Positions 23,416 through 37,200 of a stretch of 64,000 nt of DNA are shown here, one piece after another (the stretch's first letter is position 1; every line of letters begins with the position of its first letter). Source of the DNA: Geosiphon pyriformis uo1 (Eukaryota; Fungi; Glomeromycota); the NCBI GenBank assembly GCA_016748015.1, contig JAAOMT010000426.1:153620-217619 (forward strand), given 5' to 3'. The position numbers and the translations under genes were made by a program. Below the pieces are notes generated by a model, which ran no database searches, was not told the DNA's origin, and saw only the letters and a program-made list of their open reading frames with translations.

Positions 23416-26400
23416 GTGGCTAATACATGTGATAATTAATAAAAAGTATATGTCTCAACTGTAATAATATGTACATAACAGATGTGATGTAATTTATTTT
23501 ATTGATAAGACATTCAAAAAAGCTGCCATTGGTTTTATTTCAGTTTTTAAAGATGTAACTTTGCATTAGACTAGTCTTTTTTTGGTCTGTTGTATTTAGT
23601 ATAAACAATTTGATTATGTCTTTAATATATGTTTAATAAATAGAAATTCAGATAGTTATAATAAAAAAGTGATTAATTTTTAAAATTAAATTTGGCTGGT
23701 AAATATATATAAGAAAAAGCAAACTTTAATTGCTTATTCAGTTTCTTTTGGTAAGAAGATTTGGGTTCAAATTACTGATAGTCTTTTTTTTTATGTAGTT
23801 CTTTTGGTTTTTTTTGGTATTATTTTGTTTTTGGGTGTTAAACCTTTCTTGTTGGTGTCTGTTGAAGTGAATAATAGATTTGCTATTTTTAAGCACAGTT
23901 TTATTGGTTTTGTAAAACAAATTAAAAAGCTGACTAAAAGATTAGATACATTTAAACCAATAGTTTTTCAGCCTAATTCTAAATATTAGCTATTGATAAC
24001 TTCTTTATTATAAAATCAAAAGACAAATATAATAATAAGTAAAAGTTTAAGTGTAGCTGTTAGTAATAAAACTGTTGTAAGAACAGCATCTTTGAATTTG
24101 ACAGCAACTTTTAAATTAGAGAACAATTTACAGAGTTTTTTAAATATAGTTTTAGATTTTATGACCAAGATAGACAATTTTGGTCTTGATTCAAGCATTT
24201 TTTTTTAATAACTGATATTGTATAGAAAATTGTTACATGTAATATTAGAAGTATTAATATTCCTATTAAGTAAACAAATATTGTTCAGTAATATATAAAT
24301 TTAGATAATATAATTTCTATTATTACAAAAATTAAATTAAAGTCTAATATTAGGTCTTGAATAATGAATAAGTTTAAAAAAGTATGGGTTTTCATGTCTG
24401 GTTTGAATAAAAGTTTTTTTGGCACCAGAATAGTTATAATTATGAACAATTTTTTAGCTTGGCATGTCTTAAAAATTGATGAGATTTTAGACAAGATAAT
24501 TTTAATTCATTTTTTGTTTAAAAATAAACTCTTAATAACAATTTTAGAGTTGTATGCTGGTGTTTTTTCTGAAATTAGATTCAAATAGGCTTTGAAAATC
24601 AATTTTTTTATTGTTAAAGCAGTTAATTTCAGTATTTTTGTGATCTTAAATGGAGATTTCAATGAAAATAGATCAAAAAAAAGTGCAAGTTTCAAGTTTT
24701 TTTTAGATTTGGGTTTGGTTAATATATTTAATAGACATTCATTGACCAAAGCTTCTATTTAAAGCAATTTTAAGAGTGTTAAATTTTGTATTTGTAAATA
24801 AAAATTAGATATCTGCAGTCATAAGTTATAAGATTGATATTGTGTTAGAATTTTTTGATACAGATTACAAAATAGTCTTAGTCTTAGTTGGTTTAGATGG
24901 TTTTTTAAATATTTATCTTAATAGCATTTATAAACAAGCTAATAAAAATCAATGAAAATTTAAAATAAAAAATACAAATAAAACCAAATAAGTATAATTT
25001 AAAAAATGCTCTTCTAACAAATTACTGGCAGTATTAGATATGTTTAAAGAAACAGAGTATTGTGGTAATTTAGATACAACATAGGAAGTGTTAAGAGAAA
25101 CTTTAGTACAATTTGCCAATATAATGTTCTTTAAATATTGATATTGTAAGTATGATTGTTTAAAAAAACAAGCAGTTATCAGAATTTTTTAGATTGGAGT
25201 TGCTTATTGTTAGGATTGTAAAAAAATAAAATTTTGGAGATCTGTTAGAATCTAATTGTCTTGTCAAAGTTTAGTCAACTATTAATAATATTGAAGCATT
25301 TAAATTGCCAGTATAATTTAAGATAATATAAAATAAATAAACATTATTAAGCATTTGTTATTGGTTAAGAAAAAATATCAGAAATCTAAGTACTATAAAT
25401 CAAAAACATCTGAAGACTCAGCTATTTGAAAAGCAATTAAATAATATATAGAAAATTTCTGCTTTGACAAGAGGCAGATAATAAAAAGTATTTTGGAATG
25501 ATTTTTTTGCAAAGTTGTTTTGAATTATCTGGTAATAAAAAATGTTTTGGTTATGGAGCTTAATAAAGTGAAGCTTAAAATTAATAAGATTATAAAAGAA
25601 TGAGCAAAAAAACAGTCAGTATTTTTAAGAATATTTAAACTTTGGTCTTATTAATATATGTCTTTAGATTATGTTAATTATGATGTTTTTTTTAGTATAA
25701 TAAAAAAAATTGATATAGAAGAGCTAACTTTGGTGGTTAATGATTTATCAAGTAACAAAGCCACTGAATTGTTGGAAATTCCAAATAAACTATAGAAACA
25801 TTATAGTAATAAGATATTAAAATGCTTTTTAAAATTGTTGAATTTGTGTTTGATTTTAAGTATAGTTCTAGTTTTTTTAAAAAAAACATAGGTTTTAATG
25901 ATTCTCAAATCTTATGAGTAAAATAACATTTTAACAAATACTTAATTTATTTTACTAATCAAAACAGTTAAAAAAATTCTGTTAAAAATTTTCTTTAATT
26001 AGATATCTTTGGCATATAGCAAATTTAATGTTTTTCATAGCAATAACTTTTCAATATTAAAGAATATCTCAACTCAGTCTTCTATTTTTGTTATTGAATT
26101 GGTTCTTAAAGATATATTAAAAAAGAATAAAAAACTTTGGTTGGTTTTATAATATATCTATAAGGCTTATAATTTAGTAAAGTGGTATTATTTAAGAATT
26201 AGCTTGTAGTGCATCAAAATATGCAATCAGTTTATTAAGTTTTTTGCTAATATACATAAAAATTAGATTAATAAAATAATAATTAACTTTGAACTTTTAG
26301 ATAATTATAAGGTACATAATAGTTTGAATTAGAGTGAGATTTTTTTTTTTTTTTTCTAAAGAATTTTTTATAATCTACTTTTGTGTAAAGTTAAAAGACA

Positions 26401-27429
26401 TGAGTATTTGTATAGATACTAAATTAATATAAGATTTGTGACCAAAACTGGCAAAATTGAGACTATTAGAAAAAAAACATTATTTTTTGCTATTGATGTC
26501 TTTATTGATAATATAATTTAAATTAGAAATAACCAAGCTTTTACTCAATATATTTTGAATATTGTTAGTGAGTTTTTTAATGTTAATAATATCTTAATCA
26601 ATAATAAAAAGACAATGGTTATTTTTATTAATTAGAATATTAAAAATATTTCCTTGATAATCAATAGTTTGCCAATTTTAATTGCTAAAAAAAATGAATT
26701 ACACAGATACTTAGAAATATTTTTGTTAACTAAACGTTTTTTTAAGCCTAGTTTGGCTTAAGTTTATGTTAATATTGTTATAGGTAATTATTTGAAATAT
26801 TGAAACAAATAACAAACTTGTAACTTGGTGTTTAATAGCTGGTAATACTGGTAATTTCTGAAAATTTTGGAGTCTAAAGGTTTTGATTGAGTCTTTTGTA
26901 TAATAAACAGAGATTTAATTAATGGTTTCTTCTGTGAATTTTTTTTTTAGCATAGTAGCCAGTTTATTTTGGCAGTCATGTTTTTTTGGTAAACTATTTT
27001 TAAATTTTTACTTTTGTTTCCAGGTTTTTTACCAAGTTATTTTTAATGTTAAATACTCAGTGCTTAATTTTTTTATTAATTAGTAAACAACAAAAAAACA
27101 AAACAAAAAATAAAAATAAAAATAAAAATAAAAAATAAGAAATTAGTATTCTATTAATAGTCATAATTAAAAGCTATTGGTTCAATGGAATTAAGTATTA
27201 GATTCTATCAACATAAAGTGTTGATAGAATAGAATAAATTAATATTTTTTTAATCAAGTGATAATAATATGAATTGGATAATAATAGATAATTTTATTAA
27301 TATTTTTTTTTTCTTTTAATGAGTGAGGTCTAAACATTACTTAGTACAATACATCATAAGAGATCTAAACTAGGCATGAATTATGCATTTTCTACACGTA
27401 ACTAGCCACTCAGGCCAATCAGAACTACA

Positions 27430-30400
27430 CTAAGCATCTATAATAACCAACACAGAATCCCCAATATCCGCAAAAAATAAACAAGGTACACGAAAGCCAG
27501 AGCTAATGCCAAAAGTCTCTGCAATACCCAATATCTTTATCACTGCTGCAGAGAATAATAAAGAAAGACCATGCACTAAGCCAGGAACAGAGCCAGCTCT
27601 AGGAATCAGGCCATGCTTCTCTATTAAAGCACGGTGACTCGCATGAACCAGCCAAACCTCATCCCTAAAAGCAAAACAAAAATTTTGCACAAATTCTACC
27701 ACTCTTTGACAAGCAATCTTCGAGTCCCTGAAAACTGAAACCACTTCCTGAAAACAAAGTTTGAACATAAAGCCCTTACAAAATGCCAAACACAACAAAG
27801 TATCAGAAACACAAGAGAGCATAAGCTGTATAAGTTGTGATAATAACCAGAGTAAATTGGAGAGTGCTTCCCAGATAACCGCATGCGTGTCCAACAGCTG
27901 GGCGTGAATAGCAGTATCAGAATCACAAGAGAAAACATGATCGGAAACTTTGATTTCACCACAATACAAGCATAAAACACTGAGATAAGATCTACTATAA
28001 AGGTGCTTGCGGACAGCAACAGACAGTCAATGATGTAAAGTCTTCATGAAATAAGTATGAACACCGGCAGAACATTTACCAATGAAACCAGCAGCCATAT
28101 GCATATCAGAATGCCACACGAGAGAAAACCTACACCAGTTCACATTACCATGCAAATTGGTAACCAAGACCCTAAAACCCGAACCAATCTCCCATTGAGC
28201 ATAATGAATACAACAGAAAATATCACGAACAAAATGTTTAGAATTTTCAGAAACAGCCACACCACCTGCCAAAATATAGCACACATTCACATGCAAAAGA
28301 AGAGAATGTTCAGACATAGTAGCAGCCATAGCAAGAGCATCTGCACACTCATTACTCAAAACACCAGAATATCCTTTGACTTTAAACCAACAGATGTTCA
28401 GATTTTTATTATGAATCAAGTCATAAATATGACGGCGTTCTAACCAGCATTAATTTCGAAAGTCCGGAACCACCAGACCCAGCTCAGATTTGCATGCATC
28501 CAAAGCCATTTGACTGTCAGAGAACAAATGAACAGAACTAGAGGAGGAAACACACTCAAGAGCCAGAGCAATAGTCTGCAACTCTGCCATAGTAGAAGAC
28601 ACCAAACCAAAGACTTCAACACCCAAACCCAAATCAACACCATCAAAAAAAACGGTAGCACCAGCCTGCATGCCAACAGTACCCAAACCAGCCAAAGAAC
28701 TATCAATATAAACCAAAATACTATCAGTACTGACACCAAGCAGACAATTGCAAATTATAGCAAAATCAATCAAATCCAGGACATTTCAAGAGGCAACCCC
28801 ACCAATGGCAGAAGACATGATGGAAACAGGAGCCATCATATTGATAAAAGAAACTGAAAGATCAAACCAGACAGGAACTGGCCCATGTGGGTTTAACTGC
28901 TTCCAACATTTAAAGGTTGCCCAAGTAAAAGCAGCCCTACTGTGGTTCCGAAGTTGGTCCACAAAAGCAACACCATAATGCCGAAGAGATGAAAGACATC
29001 TGACAAATCTAAACTCACCAAGAACAGATACCATAGGGGTTCTTTTCCAAAGACAAAAAACATTGGCTTCAATGCCATCCAGAGAAAGATTATAATCATG
29101 AAATATATGAACCAAGCCTGCCAAAAAATTATTGAAAGCACCAACACCAATATGAGTAGGGGAACTCAAGGGATGGATTAGATGCCAACACAAAACTTGC
29201 AAGTCATTAGATTTGTGAGCAAACAAATGACTCAAAATACCAACCGAATTCGCAAAACAAACAACAAATGCCACTTTGTGTTCAGCCTGAATTTGTTTAA
29301 AAGTCTTCAAGCCATACAATGAGGAATGATGCAATGCATTATTGGGAAAATCCAAAGACAGACCAGATTTCAATTTCAAATCCTTGCGAATTAAAGTATT
29401 CCATTTGTTGCACATACTAGGAGAAACAAAACTGAACTGAGTTCTGTAATTTACAATAGGGTGGAAAATTGAAGACACCAAATACAAAAATTGTTTATCA
29501 GAGATGGCTTTTTTTAACACAAGATTAGCAAAAAACTTGATGTCCGAGTGAGCTTTAGCAAAACTGGACTTAGAAAGACCCTCAGTAGACAAAAAGATAC
29601 CCAAATACTGATGAGATTCCCCCTTTTTGGCTATAGATATAGGCATTCCACTTATCAAAAGAGAGGAATTTACAACCCAGCAGTTAATAAGAATGGCCAT
29701 GGTCTTATTGTTGTTAATTGAAATGTTATTAAGCCTGAAAAATTTGCTAGCAACATTTAAAATGTGTTGTGTCACCATCTGACTACTACCAATTCAGATT
29801 GTATCATCCACAAAAGTGCCAGCAGCAAGAAATGAAGTTAACTCAGCTTGAGATTCCACACGACCAGTTCTAGAAATGAAATAAGAATTCAACTTATATC
29901 CACATACACTCTCCTGTCTCTTAACCTCGCACAGAAGAGGATCATAAAATATCTGCCAAAGGAAAAGTGAGAAAACCTCCCTTTGGTCCAAGCCATCATG
30001 CACATAATAACCACTTGTTAACCCAAAATCAGTCATAATCCAGTTGGTACGACCACCATAAATACCCCCAAAAAATCGGATAAACTTGCTATACATTTTG
30101 ATTCTAACCAGACTATTCCTGAGATGTTCCCAACCAACAGAATCATAAGTCTTTCACATGTCCTACAAAACCAGTCAGAGCTCCCAGTTCTTTTCTATAG
30201 CATCCTCAATCACCGAACCAACCACGAAAATGGGGAACTGAGTTGTAGTATCCTTTAAAACTGAAAAATTGTTACCACAAAGAACATCATACTTGCTGCA
30301 TGCCAATGAGATTCTGTCAGAAAGAATTTTGGAAAAAATCTTGCGAGCTGTCTCAATTAAAGCTATAGAACAAATATTAGTAAGCACGCCTTCTCATTCA

Positions 30401-32118
30401 TAAGGCTTAGGAATCATCAAAACCCAAGCCTCCCTCCAAATACCAGGAATTAATTCATCAGAAAGACAAGAATTAATGAGCACTAAGAGCATATTAAGAG
30501 CTGAACTGTTACAATACTTCCAGAGTTCATTGGAGATGCCCAAAAGACCAGCAGCTTTTCTATCAGGCAGATTGGAGACCACACCAAATAATTCAATAAA
30601 ACTAATACAGTTTATGACATTGAAAAAGGCACCATCAAAAACATGTTCGAGAGGCTAATACTAACAAGACCAATTCTTAAACACATCACAAACCACACCT
30701 CGCTTCCACGTCCAACCCTCTATTATCTCATCCACTTTATCTTTAACATGATCAGGCTTTAAGATCAGCTCTTTACCCACCACCAAATGATCTAAAACGA
30801 CTTTGCAAAAGGACTGCTCCAAGACACTTCTGATAGTGTGATTTTTGTTTGACTCAAAGCTCTCCATTTTTCTATTGATAGCAGACTTAATATAAGAATT
30901 CTCAGCACATTTTGACTCTAACAACTTAAAAGCACGATAAGATTTTCTGATCTTTAAAAGAACAGATTGTATATCATTCAAAGGAAAGTCTGAGAGAAAA
31001 AGAGATTTTACCAATAAAGCATTAACAGAATCAAGCAGAATTCAAGTTTTCAGCAGCAAAGTGAATACATCATGATCAATTAACTGGGAAGCTTTAACCA
31101 ATTTAAACACCAGCAGCTTCAATTTATAAAACCTAGATGAGGTTTTGGTAAAAACACCATCATATTCCTTAAACCATTTTTTTTTGAAAACCACATTTGC
31201 TGAAAAACACAATGTCTTACGAACAGCATCCCACATAGCATTCAGATCTGAACTCATTTTGGCATTCAAGAAATCATCATAGAGCATGGCAGCATTAGCC
31301 GCTGTTTCATCCTTAAACTTTGACCATAAAGCATCATTAGCATCTTTAAAATTGTACTTCCAATGATCCTTATTCACCTGTTTACACAATAAGTTTAATT
31401 GTACATCCAGCAAACCACCAAAACCCACAGAAACAAAAACAGCCCTATGATCAGTATCGAAAAACTTCTCAACACCAGCCACATCATGATCTAAAATCAC
31501 ATTAACTAGATTTGACAACACAAACATGTAGTCAATAGTTTTGGCAACTCCCTGAGAATTGTTCCACATAGCTTCCTTTCCATATGAGCTCCCACTCAAG
31601 GAGTTAATCAAACCTAAATCAAACCATTTTTTGAAACTTGCACTTTTGTGAGAACCATCTTCATTGAAATCACTACCCAAGATAACGAAAGAGGACTTAT
31701 TCACTGCCCTTGCAATTAGAGAATTAACATTATCTGCCTAAGAGAAACAAACTGCCAGAAAAGCTCCAGCATACAGTCCCAAAACTGACACAGAAAAATT
31801 ATTTTTGAAAAGAAGCCTGAGAGAAAGAAGCTGGCCAGGAATATCCAAAATTTTGCATACATGCTAAGCCAAAAAATTGTTTATAATGATCGCAACCCTG
31901 GAACCCAGGTGACCAGAATTCAAATCAGAAGTAAAAACCCAAATGCCATCAAACTTGCTCATGATCCAAGAACGGATCTTATCTTTCAACTTAGTTTCAG
32001 TAACAATCGAAATTACATTGTTCATTTCTTTATGCCAATAAGTAATATCATCCTGTTTCACAGGATTGTTTATTCCTCTAATGTTACACATTGCAACTTT
32101 TCAAACCAAACTGTTCAT
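27430..32118 (-). pseudogene. LINE-2 ORF2 (endonuclease-RT-RNase H-Zn finger)
   Basis: APE motifs CNIRG, TETKL, SDFN, IDYMF, TDH; RT motifs LMIPKP, GLDQREVFS, FVDDT, YLGI; RNase H motifs YIDSS, AELQ, SDSQ, NECADALA; C-terminal CLYCGE..DHVFSC; many in-frame stops. Confidence 0.93.
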
Positions 32119-34018
32119 TGAAACTTGAAGGACAACAATGACTCTGAGCCAGCAAACAACTAATTAAACCTCACTAAAATGGAATTTACTGAAACTTCTA
32201 AAGCCACAAATTTAGATTCAAAACTGCTCAACTTGGAAGTTTAGACCTTAGAACTGCTTGAGCCAAGAACTAAACCATCAGTAGCAATAGGAAGAAGGGT
32301 ATCAGAAAGACTATCCAGACTATTCAAAACAATATCAGAAAGGGAATTTGAATTTGCAACCACAGACAGAACTGAAGCAAAAAGTTGAAAAACAGACATA
32401 GCAGGAGTTTCATTTGAAACAGGCACCAAAAGCACCAACCTGGCACTATTTAGGCGTTTTAGTATACATGCCATTTGGTCTGACAGGAGCTCCAAAAATT
32501 ATTCCAAAGATGACAAGTGGTCATTCAAAGCAGAGTTAAATGAGAAAGTAAAAGAAGGCAGACCACCAAAACCCAAACCACCAGAGAAAGAGAGACTTGA
32601 ATCAGAACCAACAGAAAGACCAGAAGACATAGACACAGAAAAAATAACTTGAGTCCACAATTTACTGCCAAAGGCAGCTGGACGAGAGATGGGCACACTC
32701 TTTTTCACATACAACTTGGCAAGTTGGAGGCAATTCTTATCCAAAGTAATCCGCTTTATAAATGATTTTGAAAGCTTGGGAGTGGAAGCAATCTTAGCAT
32801 CACACTCCAAAACTGAATGACCAAGCTTTCTACATCTATTACACTGAACAAAACCCAATCTAGCTCAAGAAAGCTTCACTCCACCAAGAATTGGAATCAT
32901 GCAAAAAGCTGACTCCAATATTTCATCAAACTCAAAGCTAACCACAGCACAGCAAGTCCTATTGTCACTTTTTAATGACCAATTAATAACACATGTCTTC
33001 CTACCAGCCTTTTCCAAAAAATTTCCAAGATTATGCGCAGTTGTATTCACAGACAAAGTAAACAAAAGTGCCCTGAACTGATTCCTTGATGCCTATGTTT
33101 CACAATCTTCTACAGCTTTGGCCACATGTACTGAATCTTTCCTGATCAAGAATGACCACTTAGCTGCCAACAGATCTGCTTGACTCGATTCAGCAAACTC
33201 TACCACAGCCTTCTACTACAGCCCAATGAGTTGCAATCGGATCGACACCACTTGACCAAACTCAGAAAGAGCTGCAACAATCATTTTTTTTGGTGTATTT
33301 ATGGGAACTTTCTTTATTACTATGGCCGATCTGAATGAATTCTTTGTTTCTTAAGATTGGTGTTTATGGTGATCTCCTCTTTTCTGGCCAATAATGCAGC
33401 CTTTTTCATGCTAATTTCTGAGGTGAAGGTAAATCTGATAATCCCTTTAAATTTTGAGAGAGTAGTGGCCCCTCCAAAACCATTGATTTTCAAAAATAAT
33501 TTTCTGATGACCTGAGTTTTGGCCATAGCCAATTTGCCTTCTACAGCTGAAAGATTAATGTTCAGAGCAAAAAAATTTTTCATAGCAACTTTCACCTGAG
33601 TTTTGACTATTTTGGGATCTAACCACTTTTTTTCCAAAAAAATACCAAGAGGGGGAGGGAAGAAACCACCATCATTGTCATCCATGTTATAATCCAGAGA
33701 ACCAAGAGGGGAACCACAGACCAAATCATTTTTAACTCTCTTTGCCTTAGAAGTAATAGCAACTGAACTGAAAAAAGACTTATTACTACTGACCAGGATG
33801 TCATCAACAATACTACTACTAGAATCACTTTCTATATCAAAGTACATGCCCCCATCAGAATGAGATTTGGCCAAAGAAACACCACTTTTAATATCAGAAT
33901 GCTTGACATTGCAAAGAGAAACCCTTTTCTTTTGTGAAAAAGAGCCACCAGCAGGACCAGAGGAAGCATTCAAGAAGGCTTTCAAATCTGACGAACTGCC
34001 ACTAAAGACAGCCTCCAT
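32115..34018 (-). pseudogene. LINE-2 ORF1 (RRM-like region and CCHC knuckle)
   Basis: ATG at 34018 (MEAVFSG); CNRCRKLGHSVLEC knuckle; stop TGA at 32117-32115 overlaps the ORF2 ATG. Confidence 0.88.
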
Positions 34019-34207
34019 ATTCACAACAAATGGGTTATGTGTAAAAGAAATAGTAAAATAAAACAGATAGAAAAAACAAAAAACTTCTTTCAAAATTGTG
34101 CTCTTTAAGGAATTTGGGATGTATGAAAGAAAGAAGTTAAATATTTATTAATATGAAAATAATTTTACTTTAAGTTATAAAAAACTATCTTTTAAAGAAA
34201 AAGATAT

Positions 34208-37200
34208 TGTTAGTTTTAAACTGAATTTAATTCTATCTATTTTTTTTGAATTCTTCTAACAAAAAGTTTTAATGAATATTCTAAAACATTCAAATAGAAA
34301 TCTAAAGCTAATACTATTAAATTATTGTTTAAAATATTAATAACATTTTTTATTATTAAAAAATTATAAAATGAGACTTAATATAAAATAAAATTTATAC
34401 TATTAACTACTAACACTTATGTTTTATCATCAAAAAACTAGACAAGAAATTAAATTTTGTTTTTATATATATTTATATATAAAATATTGCTTATTAGAAT
34501 TAAAAAAAATTTTCTTACTATAACTAAACAAATTTTTACCAAGTATATAATTACTTAAAATATAACTAAATTGTATATATTAATATACAAAAATAATATT
34601 AAATTAGTTCAATACAAGCTTATGCTTTTAAAAACTGGAATTAAATAAATAGTAATATCTTTAAAAACAGCTAAATTAAAACAAATTACAGTACAATAAG
34701 TTTATATATAGATAAAAAAAATTATATAATATAATACATATTTTTTTACTATATAATATTAAAAAATCTAACAAATTATAAACAATAATACTAATTAAAA
34801 GTATGTAAAAAAAAGTATAATACTAATATCTTAAGTTTTATATTTGATTATTAATATTAGTTTTAATAATATATACAAAGTTTTTTTTTATAAAAATTAA
34901 CTATTTAGAAATAACCAAATTAATAACATTAATATTTTTAAACTTAACTAGTATTTTTTGTTAAAAATTAATTAATTGTATTTTAATTGTTTTATTTTGT
35001 TGTACTTAACTAATATTAATTTTATTATTGATTTAAAAAAATTAACTGAGATCTTTTTAATAATTAATTTTTGATTCAATTTAATATTGGCTTATTTTAT
35101 ATTGGTATTTACCAAAAATTTTTCATTAATAATTAATTTTTTATTTTGATTAAAACTAGATTTAAAAATAAATATTAACCAAATAATTTTATAAAATTTT
35201 GAAAAAATAATTTTTTTTTTAAATCTATTTACTTAATAAAACAACTTTTTTATAATTTATAATTTTTTATTTAAATTTTTTTTAAAAATAACTAATATAT
35301 TAATATTTAAAGTAAATAATTTTATTAAACCAAAATTATTATTTTTAAATAATAATATATTCTAAGTCTTTTTGATAATAGAAATTAGTAGAAAAAAATT
35401 TAATATTTTATTATTAATTATAATATTAACTACAAAAAAATATAATATTTATAATATATTATAAGTTATAGTTTTAGTTTTATATAGTATTTTGTTATTT
35501 ATATTATTATTTTTACTATTTTTTATATTATTTAAATTTGCATACTAAGTTTTTTTAATAATTAAATTGTCTAAATTGCTGGTTTTTAAAGCTTTATTGA
35601 TTTTTTTAGCTTACTTTTTATTTTATTGTCTTATAATTTATGTATATAATTAATAATGTTTAAAATAGTTAAAACTAAAGAGTTTATAGACAAGTTAATT
35701 ATTTAAACTAGATTATAAAGCTTATGTATTTTTTTGTCAATATTTCTAAAAACAAAAATTAATAAAAACTTATTTTTTTAATACTTAAGCATATATTAGT
35801 TCAATTTTTTCTGTATCTAAGTTTTTAACAAAAAAAACTGTTGGTTTTATTACTTTAAACAAATTAATATTGGCAAAAATATTTACTGAATAAAAGAGAA
35901 AAAAGAAATATAAAATAAAATTTTTGGCATAAATTTTTTGCTTTTATTATAATAAAAAAATTTACATGAAAAATTTTTTTTTTTAAATAAAATAATAATT
36001 AATTAGCTTTTTACTAGTTTAAAAATTTATTTTTATTTTTAATTAGAAATCTTTTTTCTTTTAAAGTTTTATTAAAAAAAATTTATTTAAGATAATTTTA
36101 ATATAATTTTTGTTTTAATCAAGAGTCTTAAAATATTTAATAAAAAACTAATAACTAAATTGTTTTTTTGTTTTTTTTAATTATTACTAAAATAACTAAA
36201 AAAACTAAATCGAATTTAAAAATTTTTTAATTAAGATTATTTAATAAAATTCAATTTAAGAATAAAATTTTAAAAAACTAAATATAATTTTTATAAATTA
36301 ATTAAAAAATAAAAATAAAAATATTATTAATTAAAAAGTTTCAAAAAAAAATTAATTTCTAATTAGTTTATTAAATATATTTTTTATTTAAAAAATTGTA
36401 ATATAGTTTCTAGAAATTTGATTTTTAATATGATATTTATGATTTTTAAACATTTATTCTGTTTTTTAAGACATTAAAAGATTAAATTTTTTGTTTTTTG
36501 TAAAAATATCTGTTTAAATATGCTTATTAACAAATTTGTAATTAATTTGGGTTTGGTTTTTATAATTAATAATATAAATAATTTTTTTAAGAATATTAAT
36601 TGTAAAATTAAAATAAATTTATTAAATTTATTATTAATATTTTTTAAATTTATTATTATAATATTTGTTTTAAAATATTTTTTTTAAACATTAATTGTAT
36701 TATTTATATGTATAAAAATAAAATAAAGTTAATATGCTTTAATTTTCATAATAAATATTAATTTAAAAGACATAAAATTATTAATATTATTTAAAAAAAA
36801 ATTTTATAAATAAATTAAGTTAAAATTAAAAGTTATTTAAATAATTTAAACAATAAAAAACTGATTATATAGCTAATAAAGCTTAATTTTTGGCTGTATT
36901 TACTTTATAATATTTTTAAAATTAAATAATTTATTAAATTATTTTATAAAATTTATATATATAAATATAACTTGTTTTGTTTTAAAATTAACCAAAATTT
37001 AATGTATTAAACAATTTAATTAAGTGCTAACTAAAATTAGTTTTAATAGACATATTGTTACAATTATTATTTAAATAAAAAAAAAATTATTGTTTATAAT
37101 CAGTTTTAAATTAAGTATTATAATTAATATAAATACCAAAAAATTAAGTAAAGTCAATATTTTATTTTTATAAGAAAAGACAAACTTTAAAAAAAATAGT

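Larger units (their letters stand above)
13051..23466 (-). mobile_element. Solo LTR (~640 bp: 13051-13644 plus 23420-23466) split by the Gypsy insertion
   Basis: Begins TGTTA and ends GTAATA (decayed GTAACA); 4-bp TSD ATAT at 13047-13050 and 23467-23470; non-coding. Orientation is inferred only from a TATA-like CTATATAAG on the minus strand at ~13561. Confidence 0.78.
11790..26775 (+). mobile_element. LINE-1: APE-type non-LTR retrotransposon, interrupted by nested insertions and 3'-truncated
   Basis: 5' UTR and ORF1 from 11911. ORF1 reads ...CNPDLY|VHNRCDVIYF in frame once 13051-23470 is removed. ORF2 APE start (KIVTCNIRSIN) at ~24225. RT segments (LMILKSYE, FIDNI) at 25.9-26.5 kb are collinear with LINE-2. 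Breaks off at 26775. Confidence 0.88.
27304..34143 (-). mobile_element. LINE-2: full-length (~6.8 kb) APE-RT-RNase H non-LTR retrotransposon, inactivated
   Basis: Poly(A) tail (T run at 27303-27312); TSD TTTATTAATAT at 27293-27303 and 34144-34154; two long interrupted ORFs. Confidence 0.95.
26776..34207. mobile_element. LTR-like dispersed repeat B, copy 1 (26776-27303 plus 34155 to ~34207), split by LINE-2
   Basis: Begins TGTTATAGG exactly where LINE-1 homology stops; aligns by eye with 59811-60382, including the part beyond LINE-2. Right end not found. Confidence 0.7.

Noticed and set aside
13051-23480. Perfect 7-bp inverted termini TGTTATG...CATAACA as ends of the outer insertion
   Set aside because: No TSD, and CATAACA is LINE coding sequence (V-H-N-R). 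The 23466 end gives a TSD and restores the reading frame.
28057-28978. + strand ORFs of 76-128 aa
   Set aside because: Antisense shadows of LINE-2 ORF2.
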